Source of the DNA: an uncultured Methanosarcinaceae archaeon
Lineage (GTDB): Archaea; Halobacteriota; Methanosarcinia; Methanosarcinales; Methanosarcinaceae
Direction: 5' to 3'
Assembly (NCBI GenBank): GCA_963847185.1
Contig: CAWJYV010000008.1
Coordinates: 1,088,001 to 1,152,000 of the forward strand
DNA length: 64,000 nucleotides
Position 1 is the first letter of the stretch. Every line of letters starts with the position of its first letter. A program made the position numbers and the translations under genes. The notes beneath the pieces are model-generated. The model ran no database searches. It worked only from the letters and a program-made list of their open reading frames with translations, and was not told the origin of the DNA. Shown here piece by piece: positions 1 to 10,394 of this stretch.

Positions 1-72
1 CACACTTACATCGGTAACAAAAAAAATATTGCTGGATCTGGATTGCTGTTAATAGATTTGGGAAAAAGTTCA

Positions 73-1401
73 TCAACTGCTCTTTTGGCAGCAGAGGGAC
101 GGAAACTGGACAAAAACTCTGGGAAAAATTAATGGAAAAAGAGATCGAACAAGTGATGTACTGTTATTGAGTACTGTTATTAGATACATTGGGGTTTCTA
201 AAGGAACGACTTCTTGCTCTGGATTAGGTACAGATACTAGAGGCAGGTAATCTGTAACGTTGGTTTCATTGTATGCTACATCTGCAATACCATCGTTATT
301 CTCATCCGGTGCGGTTTCAGAAAAGCCCGCTCCTCCTGGTCTTGCCCAGAAGTTTCCTGCTAGGTAGGGTCCGCCGACAATGTTCTTGCCTTCAATTCTT
401 TTTACATTCCAGTGGTTTTTACTATTGCCTATGTCTGCGTTATACATATTGTTAAGATAATTATTAAAAACAGTATTGTTGTCGCAAGCTGGACACATGG
501 AAAGGCCTGAGTCAGCGTTTGAAGCAATAATATTTCCGTAAAGTATGTTACTGTCAGAGGAATCCAGATGAATCCCGTAGTTCGTTTTATTAGCTGTATT
601 TCCGGAGATTGTGCTGTAGTTTGAACGTGATATCCAGATTCCATAATTGGCATTTTCGGAGACATTATTACCTGAAATTATGCTCATGTTCGAATTTACA
701 AGGTAAATGCCCATATCATTTTCAATTGCCGTGTTATTACTGAAGGTATTGTTGCTTGAATTAATCAGGTAAAAACCGTAGCCTGTATTGAAGTTTGCCA
801 TATTGTTTGTCAGGTTATTATCGCTGCTATTACTCTCTAAGACAATTCCGTGAGCATTTGAATTTGCCGTGTTGTTAAAGAATATATTATTTTCAGAGCG
901 AACGAGATGGATTCCGTATATTTTGTTTGAGTTTACGATGTTGTTCGAGATTTTATTATTTTTTGAGCTGCTTAGAGATAACCCAAGAGAATTTTCAGAA
1001 AGATTATTGCTAGAGATGGTACAGTTACTGCATGCAGCCATATGGATTCCTGTCACGTCCGAATAATTGGCTGCCTGAATTTTAAAACCACTAATTGTCG
1101 CATTATTTGCTCGTAAATATAATACATTTACACTCGAATTACTCGCTCCTATTATTGTATCCTCAGAATTCCCGGTTTCTGATCTTAGTACAAGATCATC
1201 CTTTGTTAGCACTATACTTTCAGTATAATTTCCTGGACTTATAACTATTTCATCTCCTGAACTTGCATTGTTTATTGCACCCTGTATCGATTCTCCTTGC
1301 TGAACAAAAATCTCGGCTGCAATTCCGGTGCTTGAGTTTAACGTGAAAATAAGAAAAGTTACAGCTAAAGCGATAAATCTGTTAATCTTAATCCCCCACA
1401 T
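73..1401 (-). CDS. Secreted/cell-surface right-handed beta-helix (NosD/CASH-type) protein
   Basis: N-terminal signal peptide, SIQGAINNASSGDEIVISPGNYTE lead-in, many GIxLxxSxNNxIxNN repeats, and a GGPYLAGNFW...DENNDGIAD...DYLPL C-terminal motif. The last ~30 aa may result from a frameshift. Confidence 0.85.
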   Translation of the reverse strand: MWGIKINRFIALAVTFLIFTLNSSTGIAAEIFVQQGESIQGAINNASSGDEIVISPGNYTESIVLTKDDLVLRSETGNSEDTIIGASNSSVNVLYLRANNATISGFKIQAANYSDVTGIHMAACSNCTISSNNLSENSLGLSLSSSKNNKISNNIVNSNKIYGIHLVRSENNIFFNNTANSNAHGIVLESNSSDNNLTNNMANFNTGYGFYLINSSNNTFSNNTAIENDMGIYLVNSNMSIISGNNVSENANYGIWISRSNYSTISGNTANKTNYGIHLDSSDSNILYGNIIASNADSGLSMCPACDNNTVFNNYLNNMYNADIGNSKNHWNVKRIEGKNIVGGPYLAGNFWARPGGAGFSETAPDENNDGIADVAYNETNVTDYLPLVSVPNPEQEVVPLETPMYLITVLNNSTSLVRSLFPLIFPRVFVQFPSLCCQKSS

Positions 1402-1721
1402 TCGATTTTAATTACTATTTAGCTTCTTATAAGCAAACAATAACTTTAATGTCAAATAATATGAATATAATAGATTAGAGTAATATCAAAATGAAGACAT
1501 AAAAGTTTAAAGTAACTTATAATCAGCAGGTAATTTACTGAAATAAACCCTATAGTTCTCTTTTCTATATTTCTTTGCTTACTGCAGTAATTAAACATTG
1601 AAATAAAGAAGAGATTAAGATGAATGAAGAGAGAAGAGATAATAGGAAGAAAATAAAAGTTTAAAAGAAGATTGTTTTTATTTTAAAACCTTCTTCTCTC
1701 TGAAACAGACGTTAAAAAAGC

Positions 1722-4700
1722 TCAATTGAAGTGCTCTTCTTTTTCAAGGCATTTTAAGGCTTCGAGTTTTCTCTTTGCGTCTGCCATGTCAGGATGGAGG
1801 CGGAGAATTTCATCGAAGGTCCTTATAGCTTCTCCGTATCTTTCCATTTTTCCAAGGACAACTCCTCTGTAGTTCATGGCCTGGACATCATGCGGGTTTA
1901 TTCTGAGCAGCCTGTCAAAAGCTTTTAAGGCTTCCTCATATTCCTCGATCTTGCCGAGGGAGATTCCAAGATATCTCAGGGACGGTTCATGCCAGGGGTT
2001 GAGGGTAACGGCTTCGCTAAAGGCTTTGGCTGCAGTCTCATAGAGTTTTTGTTTGAAGCAGACAACACCTATATTGTAAATCGCTTTGATGTTTTTAGGA
2101 TCCTTATCCAGTACGAGATCAAAAGTTTTCAGGGCTTCCCTGTACAGTTCGAGCGTACAGAAAGCAACTCCTTTGTAGTTCAAAACATCAAGGTTCTCAG
2201 GGGAACTTTCCAGAATACGGTCAAAATAGCCAAGGGCCTCCTGGGCTCTATCGAGCTTGATAAGGGTTGTGGCTGCATTGTAAAGAGCTTCTTCATTCTC
2301 AGGATTGAAAAGTACAGCTTTTTCAAAGGCTTTGAGGGCTTCGGATGGCTTATCGAGTTCCAGGAGACATAAGCCGAGATAGTTCAGGCTTTCAGGGTCT
2401 TCGGGCTCACTTTCAAGCAGCATTCCAAAGTTTCCGGCAGCAGCTTCGTATTCCCCAAGGTTAAAAAGCACAATAGCTCTGTAATAGAGAGCTTCTCTGT
2501 GGGTAGCTTCCTGCTCCAGAATCATTTCAAAGGCGTGCAGGGCTTTTTCATAGTCCTGAAGCTCCAGTCTGGCAATCCCGAGCCTGTAATAAGCTTCAAT
2601 AAAGTCCGGGAGATCGGGATTAAAAAGAAGCGCTCTTTCAAGGTCTCTTGCGGTTTCCTTAAAATTCTGAAGCTTGTAATTGGCCACTGAACGGCTGTAA
2701 AGGGAATTCACATTTTCGGAGTTAAGGAAAAGAGCTGAATTAAAGGCCTGCAGGGCTTCTTCATACCTTTCAAATCCGAGAAGAGCAAGTCCTTTTTGCT
2801 CCCAGGCTGCTTCCAGGGCAGGATCGAGTTTCAGGGCCATTTCAAAGGCTTCAACTGCCTTTTCATTCTGGTCAAGTCCCCTTAAGGCAAGCCCTTTTAA
2901 GTACCAGATCTCTGCAGCCTGATGCCTTGCCTCAACTATCTTTTCAAAAGTCTCAAGGGCCGCCTCATAAAGTTCCATCTTAAGCTTGCAAAGTCCCATC
3001 TTTGTCCAGGTGTCTTCGAGCTCGAAGTCATTTAATTTCAAGCTTTCATCCTGATTTTCGGGGCTTTCCAGAACAGCCTGTTCGAAAGATTCAAGGGCAT
3101 CTTCATATTCTTCCAGAGAAAAAAGAGCAAGTCCTCTCCTGTACCAGGCTTTCTCGTAGTCCGGATAGATTGAAAGGAGTTCTGAAAAGATATCAAGGGC
3201 TTCTTCCAGCCTGCCGAGTTCCATAAGTACAAGTCCTTTGCTGTAAAAGACTTCTTTTGAGGCTGATTCGCTTGCTGTTAATTTTCCAAGCGGCAGAAGA
3301 GCTTCTTCATATTTTCCGAGTTCTATCAGGGAAACCGCAAACTTTTCGAGAAGTTCAGTGAAGGCTTGAGAGTTTTCTTCTGTGTTTAATTCTCCCCATT
3401 CTTCTCCATTCCCACTTTCACTCTCACTAATTTTTTCTCGATTAAAGCTCTCAGCTGCAAATTCAAGAAGAGCGTTTACAGCAGAAACAGCTTCTTCTGC
3501 CCTGCCGAGTTCGAAAAGAGCAAGAGTTCTTTTGTGCAGGACTTTGGGGTCAGTTTCTCCGGTTTCAAGAATTCTGTCAAAAGCTTCAATTGCTTTTTCA
3601 TATTCTTTGATTTCGAAGCAGGCAAGTCCTGTATAATAGGGGAGATCGGGTTTCTGGCAACCAAGTTCAAGGGCGTTTTCAAAGGAGTTCAGGGCTTCTT
3701 CAAAGTTACCCAGTTTGAAACAGGCAATAGCCCTGCAGTAATGCAGTTCTTCTTTTTCCTGGCAGTATTCAAGGGCTGCTTTAAATGCCTCAACAGCTTC
3801 TTCATATTCATCAAGCTCAAAGTGGGTATACCCTTTCTGCTCCAGGGCGTAAGTGCAGTCAGGTTTCAGGTTAAGGACCGAATCAAAAATAGCTGAAGCT
3901 TCTCTGGTTTTTCCTAGGGCTTTTAAGGCAAGTCCCTTTCTGAAAAGGACTGTTTTTCTCTCAGGTGTTTTCCTTAAAACCTGATCAAAGATCTCAATGG
4001 CTTCCTCATAATTCCCGAGTTTAAAGCAGGCTGTACTGAGGTGTGCAATAGCTTCTTGATTGGAAGGATCTCTTCTGAGGACTTCTCTGAAACCCGATGC
4101 TGCCTCCTCGTATTTCTCCAGCCGCAGTAAAGAGAGACTTTTCATATAGATAATGTCAAGGTTTCCGGGATCTGTTTCAAGTATTATGTCAAAAGCCTTT
4201 AAAGCTTCGTCAAAATTCCCAATTTCGAAACAGGAAATTCCCAGTTGGTAGCAGGCATCCTTATAGGCGGGATTGATCTCAAGAACTTTTTTGAAGTCCT
4301 TTGAGGCTTCTTCATTCTGCTTTAATTTTGAATTGGATAAGCCCCTCAGGTACCAGGCATCTGCTGACATGGGATTCTCTTCGAGAAGTCTGGAAAATGC
4401 CTCAAGAGCTTTCTCATAAGCTTCAAGTCGGATAAAAGTAAGCCCTTTCCAGTAAAGGGCAGAGGAGTTTATTTCAGATGGATTTTGTGTAGAAGCACCT
4501 TGTGTAGAACTATTTCGTAAAGGTGAGTTTTTACCGGGACTTTCACCTATCTCTTCAAAAAGAGAAAGAGCTTTATCATACTGTCCTGCTTCGAAGCTGG
4601 CAATTCCAAGCTCAAACTTCACTTCTTCCCTGTTGGGGTCAAGCTCCAGCACCTGGGAAAAGACTTCAGCCGCTTCTTCATACCTCTCCAACTGCATGAG

Positions 4701-7205
4701 AGAGAATGCAGTTTTCTGAAGGGCAGAGGCATTCTCGGGATCTCTTGCGAGCACATCCTCAAGATCTTCCAGAGCAGCTTCATATTGTTCGGTTTCGAAA
4801 AGGCAAAGGGCCCTGTACTCAAGGGCTTCTTTCAGTTCCGGATTAAGGCGGAGAGCTATTTCAAATGCAGTAGCCGCTTCTCCCTGCCTGTTCATTCTAT
4901 AGAGGCTAAGGCCTTTGTAGAGCCAGGGTAGGTCAAGGTAAGGTTTTTCCTTTAGAGCGCTTTCAAGGGTTTCAAGGGCAGAAATATAATCCTCAAGCTG
5001 CATCTGCGCAAAGCCTTTGTAGATTAGCGCATCCTCGTGATGTTCATCCCTTGCAATTACCTCATCAAAAGTTTTTATAGCCTCTTCAAAACGCTCCATC
5101 TTTATCAGAATTAGCCCTTTTCTGTACCAGACTTCTATGGACTCCGGTTTCTGGCAGAGCAGCTGTTCAAAAGCCTGAAGGGCAGTTTCATATTTCCCGA
5201 GTTCCATTGCAAGTATGCCTTTCCTGTACTGGATGTCCAGATCCTCGGGAATTTTTGCAGTAATCTTTTCAAAAGTTTCCAGAGCTTCTTCCTGCTTTCC
5301 AAGTTCCAGCTGAACGGTTCCAAGCGTGTACAGGAGATCAGGGTAATCCTGATTGAGAGAAAGAACTTTTTTGAAGTATTCCAGGGCAGTTTCCTGTCTT
5401 CCGAGTTTTGAAAGGCAAACTCCCCTGTTGTAAATGGAATCGATATCCTCGGGGCTTGTTTTAAGAATTTCGGCAAAGGCTTCATCTGCTTTTTCGTATT
5501 CTTCTGAAGCCAGTAAAATCAGCCCTTTGTTTCTCCAGGCATCTTCAAAATCCGGCCTGAGTTTAATAGCTTCCTCAAATGCCTGCATGGCTTCTTCTAC
5601 TCTGCCCAGCTCTCCCAGTACTATCCCTTTTTTGTTCCAGCTTTTTTCTTGATATGGATTCAGCTTGAGGCCTTCTTCAAACGCTTTGAGGGCTTCTTCA
5701 TATCTTTCCAGGGAGTGCAGGGCAAAACCCTTATTCATCCAGCAGAGCTCGTTTTCAGGATTCAGCTCGGTAGCCTTTTCAAAAGCTTTCAGGGAAGGCT
5801 CTAATTTTTCACTGTCAAGGAGGATTAGCCCTTGCTGAAGCCATAGCTTATAGTTTTCGGGTTCTTTCTCGAGGCTCTTTGCAAGAGACTCAAGGGCTTC
5901 TTCAAAACGGCTAAGGGCGATGAGCACTGTGCCTCTGAATTTCTGAGCTTCTATAGAATCAGGATTATGTTCGAGTACGAGATCGAAGGCTTTGAGAGCT
6001 TTTTCATATTTTCCTATCCTGGCAAGCAGGCGTCCCTGCTGAAATCCTGCATCTCCATAAATAGGGTCAAGTTCGGTAATCTTAGAAAGGGACATTGCAG
6101 CCTCTTCAAAACGCTGCAATTTCAAAAGGGCAAGAGATCTGTTATACCAGATTTCTTTCATTTCCGGATATATCTTGAGCACTGAATCAAAAGCCTCAAG
6201 GGCTTCTTCATAAACCTCAAGTTTCATGAGGGCAAGGCATTTGTAGTTCCAGGCTTCTAAGTAAGTTTCATCAAGCCTGACAGCCTCATCAAATGCGTCT
6301 ATGGCTTCATTTAGCCTGAGAAGCTGAATTAAAGCAAGGCCTTTCCTGAGCCAGACTTCTTTGTTATCCGGATTAATTTTCAATATTTTTGAAAAAGTTT
6401 TTTCAGCTTCTTCGTAGCGAGATAGTTCATTCAAGAGAAGACCCTTATGATAGAGAGCTGTTTCGCTGGCAGGAATTTTTCTTAAAAAGGAATCAATGCA
6501 TTCCAGAGCTTCCTCATTTTTCCCGAGTTTTTCAAGAGAAAGGCATTTTTGCTCCAGGGCATCAGCATACTTCAGGTTTCCCTGTATTAGATAATTAAAG
6601 CATTCTAGGGCTTTTTCATGTTCTCCGAGCTTTGAAAGGACAAGCCCTTTTGAGTAGCAAGCTTCCGGATTTTTCTGGTTAATTTCAAGTGTATGCCCAA
6701 AGCTTTCGAGAGCTTCTTCATACCTTTCTGCTTTTCCTTCTACTGTCCCTTTTGCATACCAGGCTGCTTCACATTCAGGTTCAAGCTCAAGAACTTTCTC
6801 AAAACAAAGTACAGAAGCCTCAATTCTCCCCCGTTCGGCAAACACAAGTCCTTTCTGATACCATATTTTCGGAATATCGGGACTTATTTCGAGAGCATCG
6901 TCGTAGGCTTCCAGTGCCTCTTCAAATCTCCCGAGGGTAGCCAGAGCATTAGCTTTTTTGTACAGGGCATCGGAATTTTCTGGCTCCAACTGCAGGACTT
7001 GGTTAATAGACACGAGGGCCTCATCTGTTTTCTTAATCTTCAGCAGGGCAACTCCTCTATTAAAAAGGGCTCCTGTATGCTTTGGATCTCTTTCCACGAT
7101 TTTGTTGAAAATATTAATCGATTTTTCGTACCTTTTGTGTTTAACCAGCTCAAGGCCTCTCTGAAAAGCTTCATCGTAACTGATAAGTAATTCCTCCAAT
7201 CCCAT
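1722..7205 (-). CDS. Very large tetratricopeptide-repeat protein (1827 aa)
   Basis: Dozens of 34-aa repeats of the form W..KG..L..LGRYEEAL.AF...L.L.P across the whole length. Confidence 0.93.
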   Translation of the reverse strand: MGLEELLISYDEAFQRGLELVKHKRYEKSINIFNKIVERDPKHTGALFNRGVALLKIKKTDEALVSINQVLQLEPENSDALYKKANALATLGRFEEALEAYDDALEISPDIPKIWYQKGLVFAERGRIEASVLCFEKVLELEPECEAAWYAKGTVEGKAERYEEALESFGHTLEINQKNPEACYSKGLVLSKLGEHEKALECFNYLIQGNLKYADALEQKCLSLEKLGKNEEALECIDSFLRKIPASETALYHKGLLLNELSRYEEAEKTFSKILKINPDNKEVWLRKGLALIQLLRLNEAIDAFDEAVRLDETYLEAWNYKCLALMKLEVYEEALEAFDSVLKIYPEMKEIWYNRSLALLKLQRFEEAAMSLSKITELDPIYGDAGFQQGRLLARIGKYEKALKAFDLVLEHNPDSIEAQKFRGTVLIALSRFEEALESLAKSLEKEPENYKLWLQQGLILLDSEKLEPSLKAFEKATELNPENELCWMNKGFALHSLERYEEALKAFEEGLKLNPYQEKSWNKKGIVLGELGRVEEAMQAFEEAIKLRPDFEDAWRNKGLILLASEEYEKADEAFAEILKTSPEDIDSIYNRGVCLSKLGRQETALEYFKKVLSLNQDYPDLLYTLGTVQLELGKQEEALETFEKITAKIPEDLDIQYRKGILAMELGKYETALQAFEQLLCQKPESIEVWYRKGLILIKMERFEEAIKTFDEVIARDEHHEDALIYKGFAQMQLEDYISALETLESALKEKPYLDLPWLYKGLSLYRMNRQGEAATAFEIALRLNPELKEALEYRALCLFETEQYEAALEDLEDVLARDPENASALQKTAFSLMQLERYEEAAEVFSQVLELDPNREEVKFELGIASFEAGQYDKALSLFEEIGESPGKNSPLRNSSTQGASTQNPSEINSSALYWKGLTFIRLEAYEKALEAFSRLLEENPMSADAWYLRGLSNSKLKQNEEASKDFKKVLEINPAYKDACYQLGISCFEIGNFDEALKAFDIILETDPGNLDIIYMKSLSLLRLEKYEEAASGFREVLRRDPSNQEAIAHLSTACFKLGNYEEAIEIFDQVLRKTPERKTVLFRKGLALKALGKTREASAIFDSVLNLKPDCTYALEQKGYTHFELDEYEEAVEAFKAALEYCQEKEELHYCRAIACFKLGNFEEALNSFENALELGCQKPDLPYYTGLACFEIKEYEKAIEAFDRILETGETDPKVLHKRTLALFELGRAEEAVSAVNALLEFAAESFNREKISESESGNGEEWGELNTEENSQAFTELLEKFAVSLIELGKYEEALLPLGKLTASESASKEVFYSKGLVLMELGRLEEALDIFSELLSIYPDYEKAWYRRGLALFSLEEYEDALESFEQAVLESPENQDESLKLNDFELEDTWTKMGLCKLKMELYEAALETFEKIVEARHQAAEIWYLKGLALRGLDQNEKAVEAFEMALKLDPALEAAWEQKGLALLGFERYEEALQAFNSALFLNSENVNSLYSRSVANYKLQNFKETARDLERALLFNPDLPDFIEAYYRLGIARLELQDYEKALHAFEMILEQEATHREALYYRAIVLFNLGEYEAAAGNFGMLLESEPEDPESLNYLGLCLLELDKPSEALKAFEKAVLFNPENEEALYNAATTLIKLDRAQEALGYFDRILESSPENLDVLNYKGVAFCTLELYREALKTFDLVLDKDPKNIKAIYNIGVVCFKQKLYETAAKAFSEAVTLNPWHEPSLRYLGISLGKIEEYEEALKAFDRLLRINPHDVQAMNYRGVVLGKMERYGEAIRTFDEILRLHPDMADAKRKLEALKCLEKEEHFN

Positions 7206-7439
7206 TTTTCAAAATATTATTCCTGCAGGCCCAGGTAGATAAGAGTTTTTATGGGGTTTTTATTCTGTTACAATTCCTTTATCCTGTTTTAGTTTTCTTA
7301 TTCTGCCTTAACTCCTTTATCCGGCTTTTTCGGCTTCAGAGTTTTTGTGAGTTTTTCTCGCGACTAAAAACTCTTTTGTAATAAGTATGGTAAATATGAC
7401 GTCTTATTGAGCTGTCTTTCTGAAATACTCATAAGCACT

Positions 7440-7545
7440 AAATGTATAAAACGTACAAATGTACAAATGTACTCTGAATAAATATTAAATGTATAAATGT
7501 ACAGTTTTGTAAATGTATTAATGTATAAATGTGTAAGTGTATAAA
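7440..7545. repeat. Degenerate 8-bp tandem array (AAATGTAY)
   Basis: aatgtataaa acgtacaaat gtacaaatgt ... aaatgtataaatgtac ... aaatgtattaatgtataaatgtgtaagtgtataaat. Confidence 0.7.
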
Positions 7546-7861
7546 TTTGCAGCATACTAACTTATTTCTATATTTAGCTTGCTGTGAGCAATTAATGACT
7601 TTTTCTCAGACATCTTTTTTAGGCAAGGTTCTAACATTAAATCTTAAAGTTGACACAATATTTCCTGACTAAAATCTATATCTTTATTAATTTTATTTAG
7701 AATCTATCTTCTAACATCCTATATAAATAATCCTCCATAAATGAGATTGGTAGGGTGCTCTATCATTTATCTTTTAATAGTGCTTTTTAAAGGATATACA
7801 TAAATAACCTAGAAGGTGGCTTACTGCGTAATAAAATATAAATAGATGTTCTATATATGAT

Positions 7862-8392
7862 TTAATTTCCAAAGCTTTTCTGGATTGCTCCCCAAAGATG
7901 CCTGCATGTTTTTTCATTGAAACAGACAAGAAAGATTGTTTCAGGCAGATCATTTCCCTGAATAAAATTTCTTATTTCGCTGACTGCAATCTCTGCAGCC
8001 CTTTCTGAAGGAAATGAGTATGTACCCGTACTTATTGCTGGAAAAGCAATAGTTTTTACGGAGTATTCTCTGGCAATTTCAAGACTCTCTCTATAACATG
8101 AAGCAAGTAAGTTTTCTTCTTCCTCTCTCCCTCCTCTCCAGATGGGGCCAACAGTATGAATAACCCATTTTACGGGCAGAAGATAACCCTTTGTTATTTT
8201 TGCTTTCCCTGTAGGGCATCCGTTCAGTGTTCTGCATTCTTCCAGCAGTCCGGGGCCTGCAGCTCTATGGATGGCTCCATCTACTCCTCCACCTCCAAGT
8301 AAAGTGGAATTCGCAGCGTTTACGACAGCATCCACTTCGAGTTTTACGATATCTCCTTCAATTACCTTTATTCTGTCTGAACTTTGTACCAT
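7862..8392 (-). CDS. Macrodomain O-acetyl-ADP-ribose deacetylase (YmdB-like)
   Basis: GDIV...[31 protein letters not shown] and AFPAISTG motifs. Confidence 0.93.
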   Translation of the reverse strand: MVQSSDRIKVIEGDIVKLEVDAVVNAANSTLLGGGGVDGAIHRAAGPGLLEECRTLNGCPTGKAKITKGYLLPVKWVIHTVGPIWRGGREEEENLLASCYRESLEIAREYSVKTIAFPAISTGTYSFPSERAAEIAVSEIRNFIQGNDLPETIFLVCFNEKTCRHLWGAIQKSFGN

Positions 8393-8704
8393 CTTCGGAC
8401 TCCTTTCTGGTAGACTTCATTCTGTAATTATGTATTAACAACGTTTTTCGGTTTTTCTTTCTCCCAAACAATGATATATCATAAAACAGAGATTATAATG
8501 CTAATTTCTGACCTGGAGATTCCAGTGTCATGATGGCAATGTCTTCTTCCCGGATAGCTCTAAAAACTTTTTATGCCTCAAGGGGTCACTGAGGTTAATT
8601 CTGATAGAGCCTGGTCCAAAAACTCAATTGCATATTATTGGATAAACAAAAACGACTTTTAATTAAATTTAATTTTGGAAATTGAATATTTGGGGATATC
8701 GAAG

Positions 8705-9724
8705 ATGAGTGATATGACACTTAAAGAGAGACTATTAAACGCTCTAGAAGGAAAAAAAGTTGATAAAGTTCCTGTTTGTTCGGTGACTCAAACGGGAATT
8801 GTGGAGCTTATGGACGAAGTTGGGGCTCCATGGCCTGATGCCCATACCGACCCTGAACTTATGGCAAAACTGGCAATTGCAAACCATGAACTGAGCGGTC
8901 TTGAAGCCGTAAGGCTTCCTTACTGCCTGACTGTGCTTGCCGAAGCCATGGGCTGTGAGGTCAATATGGGGACAAAAAATAGGCAGCCTTCGGTTACTGC
9001 GCATCCTTATCCTAAGGATCTGGAGGGCCTTAAAATGCCCGAAAATCTACTTGGAACAAAAAGGATTCCTGCTGTGCTCGAAGCTATAAAGATCATAAGA
9101 GAAAAGGTGGGTCCAGATGTTCCAGTTATTGGGGGTATGGAAGGTCCAGTTACTCTTGCCTCTGACCTCTCAAGTGTGAAATCTTTCATGAAGTGGTCCT
9201 TGAAGAAACCTGATCTTTTTGGGCAGATCCTGGATTTCGCAACTGAGGCCACTATAGTTTATGCTAATGCAATGGTTGAAGCAGGTGCTGACATCATTTC
9301 TGTTGCAGACCCTGTTGCGTCTCCGGATCTCATGAGCCCTGATACTTTTAAAGCCGAACTCGAGTCCAGGCTGCAGAATTTCTCAGGGAATGTCAACTCT
9401 GTGACTGTTCTCCACGTCTGTGGCAACGTGAACTCTATCCTCAACTATATGGCAGACTGCGGTTTTGAAGGTCTCAGTGTCGAAGAAAAGATAGGCAGCG
9501 CAAAGAAAGCAAAGGAAGTCATCGGAAACAGGGCCAGATTTGTAGGGAACATTTCCAGTCCATTTACCTTATTGCCTGGCCCTATTGACAAGATAAAAGC
9601 TGAATCAAAACAGGCTTTATCGGACGGTGTTGATGTGCTTGCTCCGGGTTGCGGAATTGCACCTATGACTCCTCTTGCCAATATCAAAGCAATGGTTGAA
9701 GCGAGGAACGAGTATTACGCTTGA
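8705..9724 (+). CDS. mtaA: Methylcobamide:coenzyme M methyltransferase MtaA
   Basis: UROD-fold methyltransferase with Zn ligands LHVCG and APGCG, adjacent to mtaCB. The likely start is ATG 8705. The arrangement matches the mtaA2-mtaCB3 type locus. Confidence 0.92.
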   Translation: MSDMTLKERLLNALEGKKVDKVPVCSVTQTGIVELMDEVGAPWPDAHTDPELMAKLAIANHELSGLEAVRLPYCLTVLAEAMGCEVNMGTKNRQPSVTAHPYPKDLEGLKMPENLLGTKRIPAVLEAIKIIREKVGPDVPVIGGMEGPVTLASDLSSVKSFMKWSLKKPDLFGQILDFATEATIVYANAMVEAGADIISVADPVASPDLMSPDTFKAELESRLQNFSGNVNSVTVLHVCGNVNSILNYMADCGFEGLSVEEKIGSAKKAKEVIGNRARFVGNISSPFTLLPGPIDKIKAESKQALSDGVDVLAPGCGIAPMTPLANIKAMVEARNEYYA

Positions 9725-9998
9725 TTAATTGAAAAATAGCTCTGCTTAATTTTTAATTTCATTTTTTAATCTTAATGCGTTTTAAGAGATTTTTTCATTT
9801 TTTTATTTTTCATTCTCTATTTTCGGCATTGACACCTGCGATCTCAGCTCTTCTTTAAGATTACTTCTTACTTTATCTTTGGCCTTCAGGTTATTCTTCG
9901 TTTGAGTCTGTTTTTGTTTGTCTCTTTGTGAAATTAACTTGCTGGCTTTAAATCACGAATTTTCAATTCTGACTGGCTTGAACTGAAGTCTGGGAGCC

Positions 9999-10068
9999 CG
10001 CCCTGAATTGCGACTTGCCCGAATCTTCGCTTATTTTCTTAGTGGGGTGGACTGTCTCAATTCCGGCG
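9999..10068. repeat. Imperfect inverted repeat between convergent mtaA and mtaB
   Basis: cgccctGAATTGCGAC (to 10014) ... GTCTCAATTCcggcg (from 10054). Confidence 0.45.
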
Positions 10069-10242
10069 CAGCGCAGGCAAAGGATCTTCAGTTAATAGGG
10101 GCAGCCAACAGTGAAGGTCTTCAGCTATAGGAGTCAAGCTGCAAGAAAAGTGTACTGAAAGAGAAATCCGGAAATTATCCAAAACAATTATTTTAAGCAT
10201 TTTTTTTCGGAATAAAGAAAATAAAGAAGAAGTACAATCTGG

Positions 10243-10393
10243 TTAGAGGTTGTAGTTCTTCGGCAGGAAGACTTTTACTTCCTCTTTATAGTTTGTCAAG
10301 GCAGTCGCTAATGAACTTGTCCATGTCGTCGGTAAGAGCTTCGAAAGCTGACTTGACATTTGCAAGCGCAGTTGCGAACCTTGAAAGGGTAAA
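10243..10393 (-). pseudogene. Relic 3' end (~50 codons) of a second mtaB allele/paralog
   Basis: Translates FTLSRF-ATALANVKSAFEALTDDMDKFISDCLDK(+1 frameshift at ~10291)YKEEVKVFLPKNYNL*, homologous to the MtaB C-terminus immediately upstream. Confidence 0.88.
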
Positions 10394-10394
10394 T

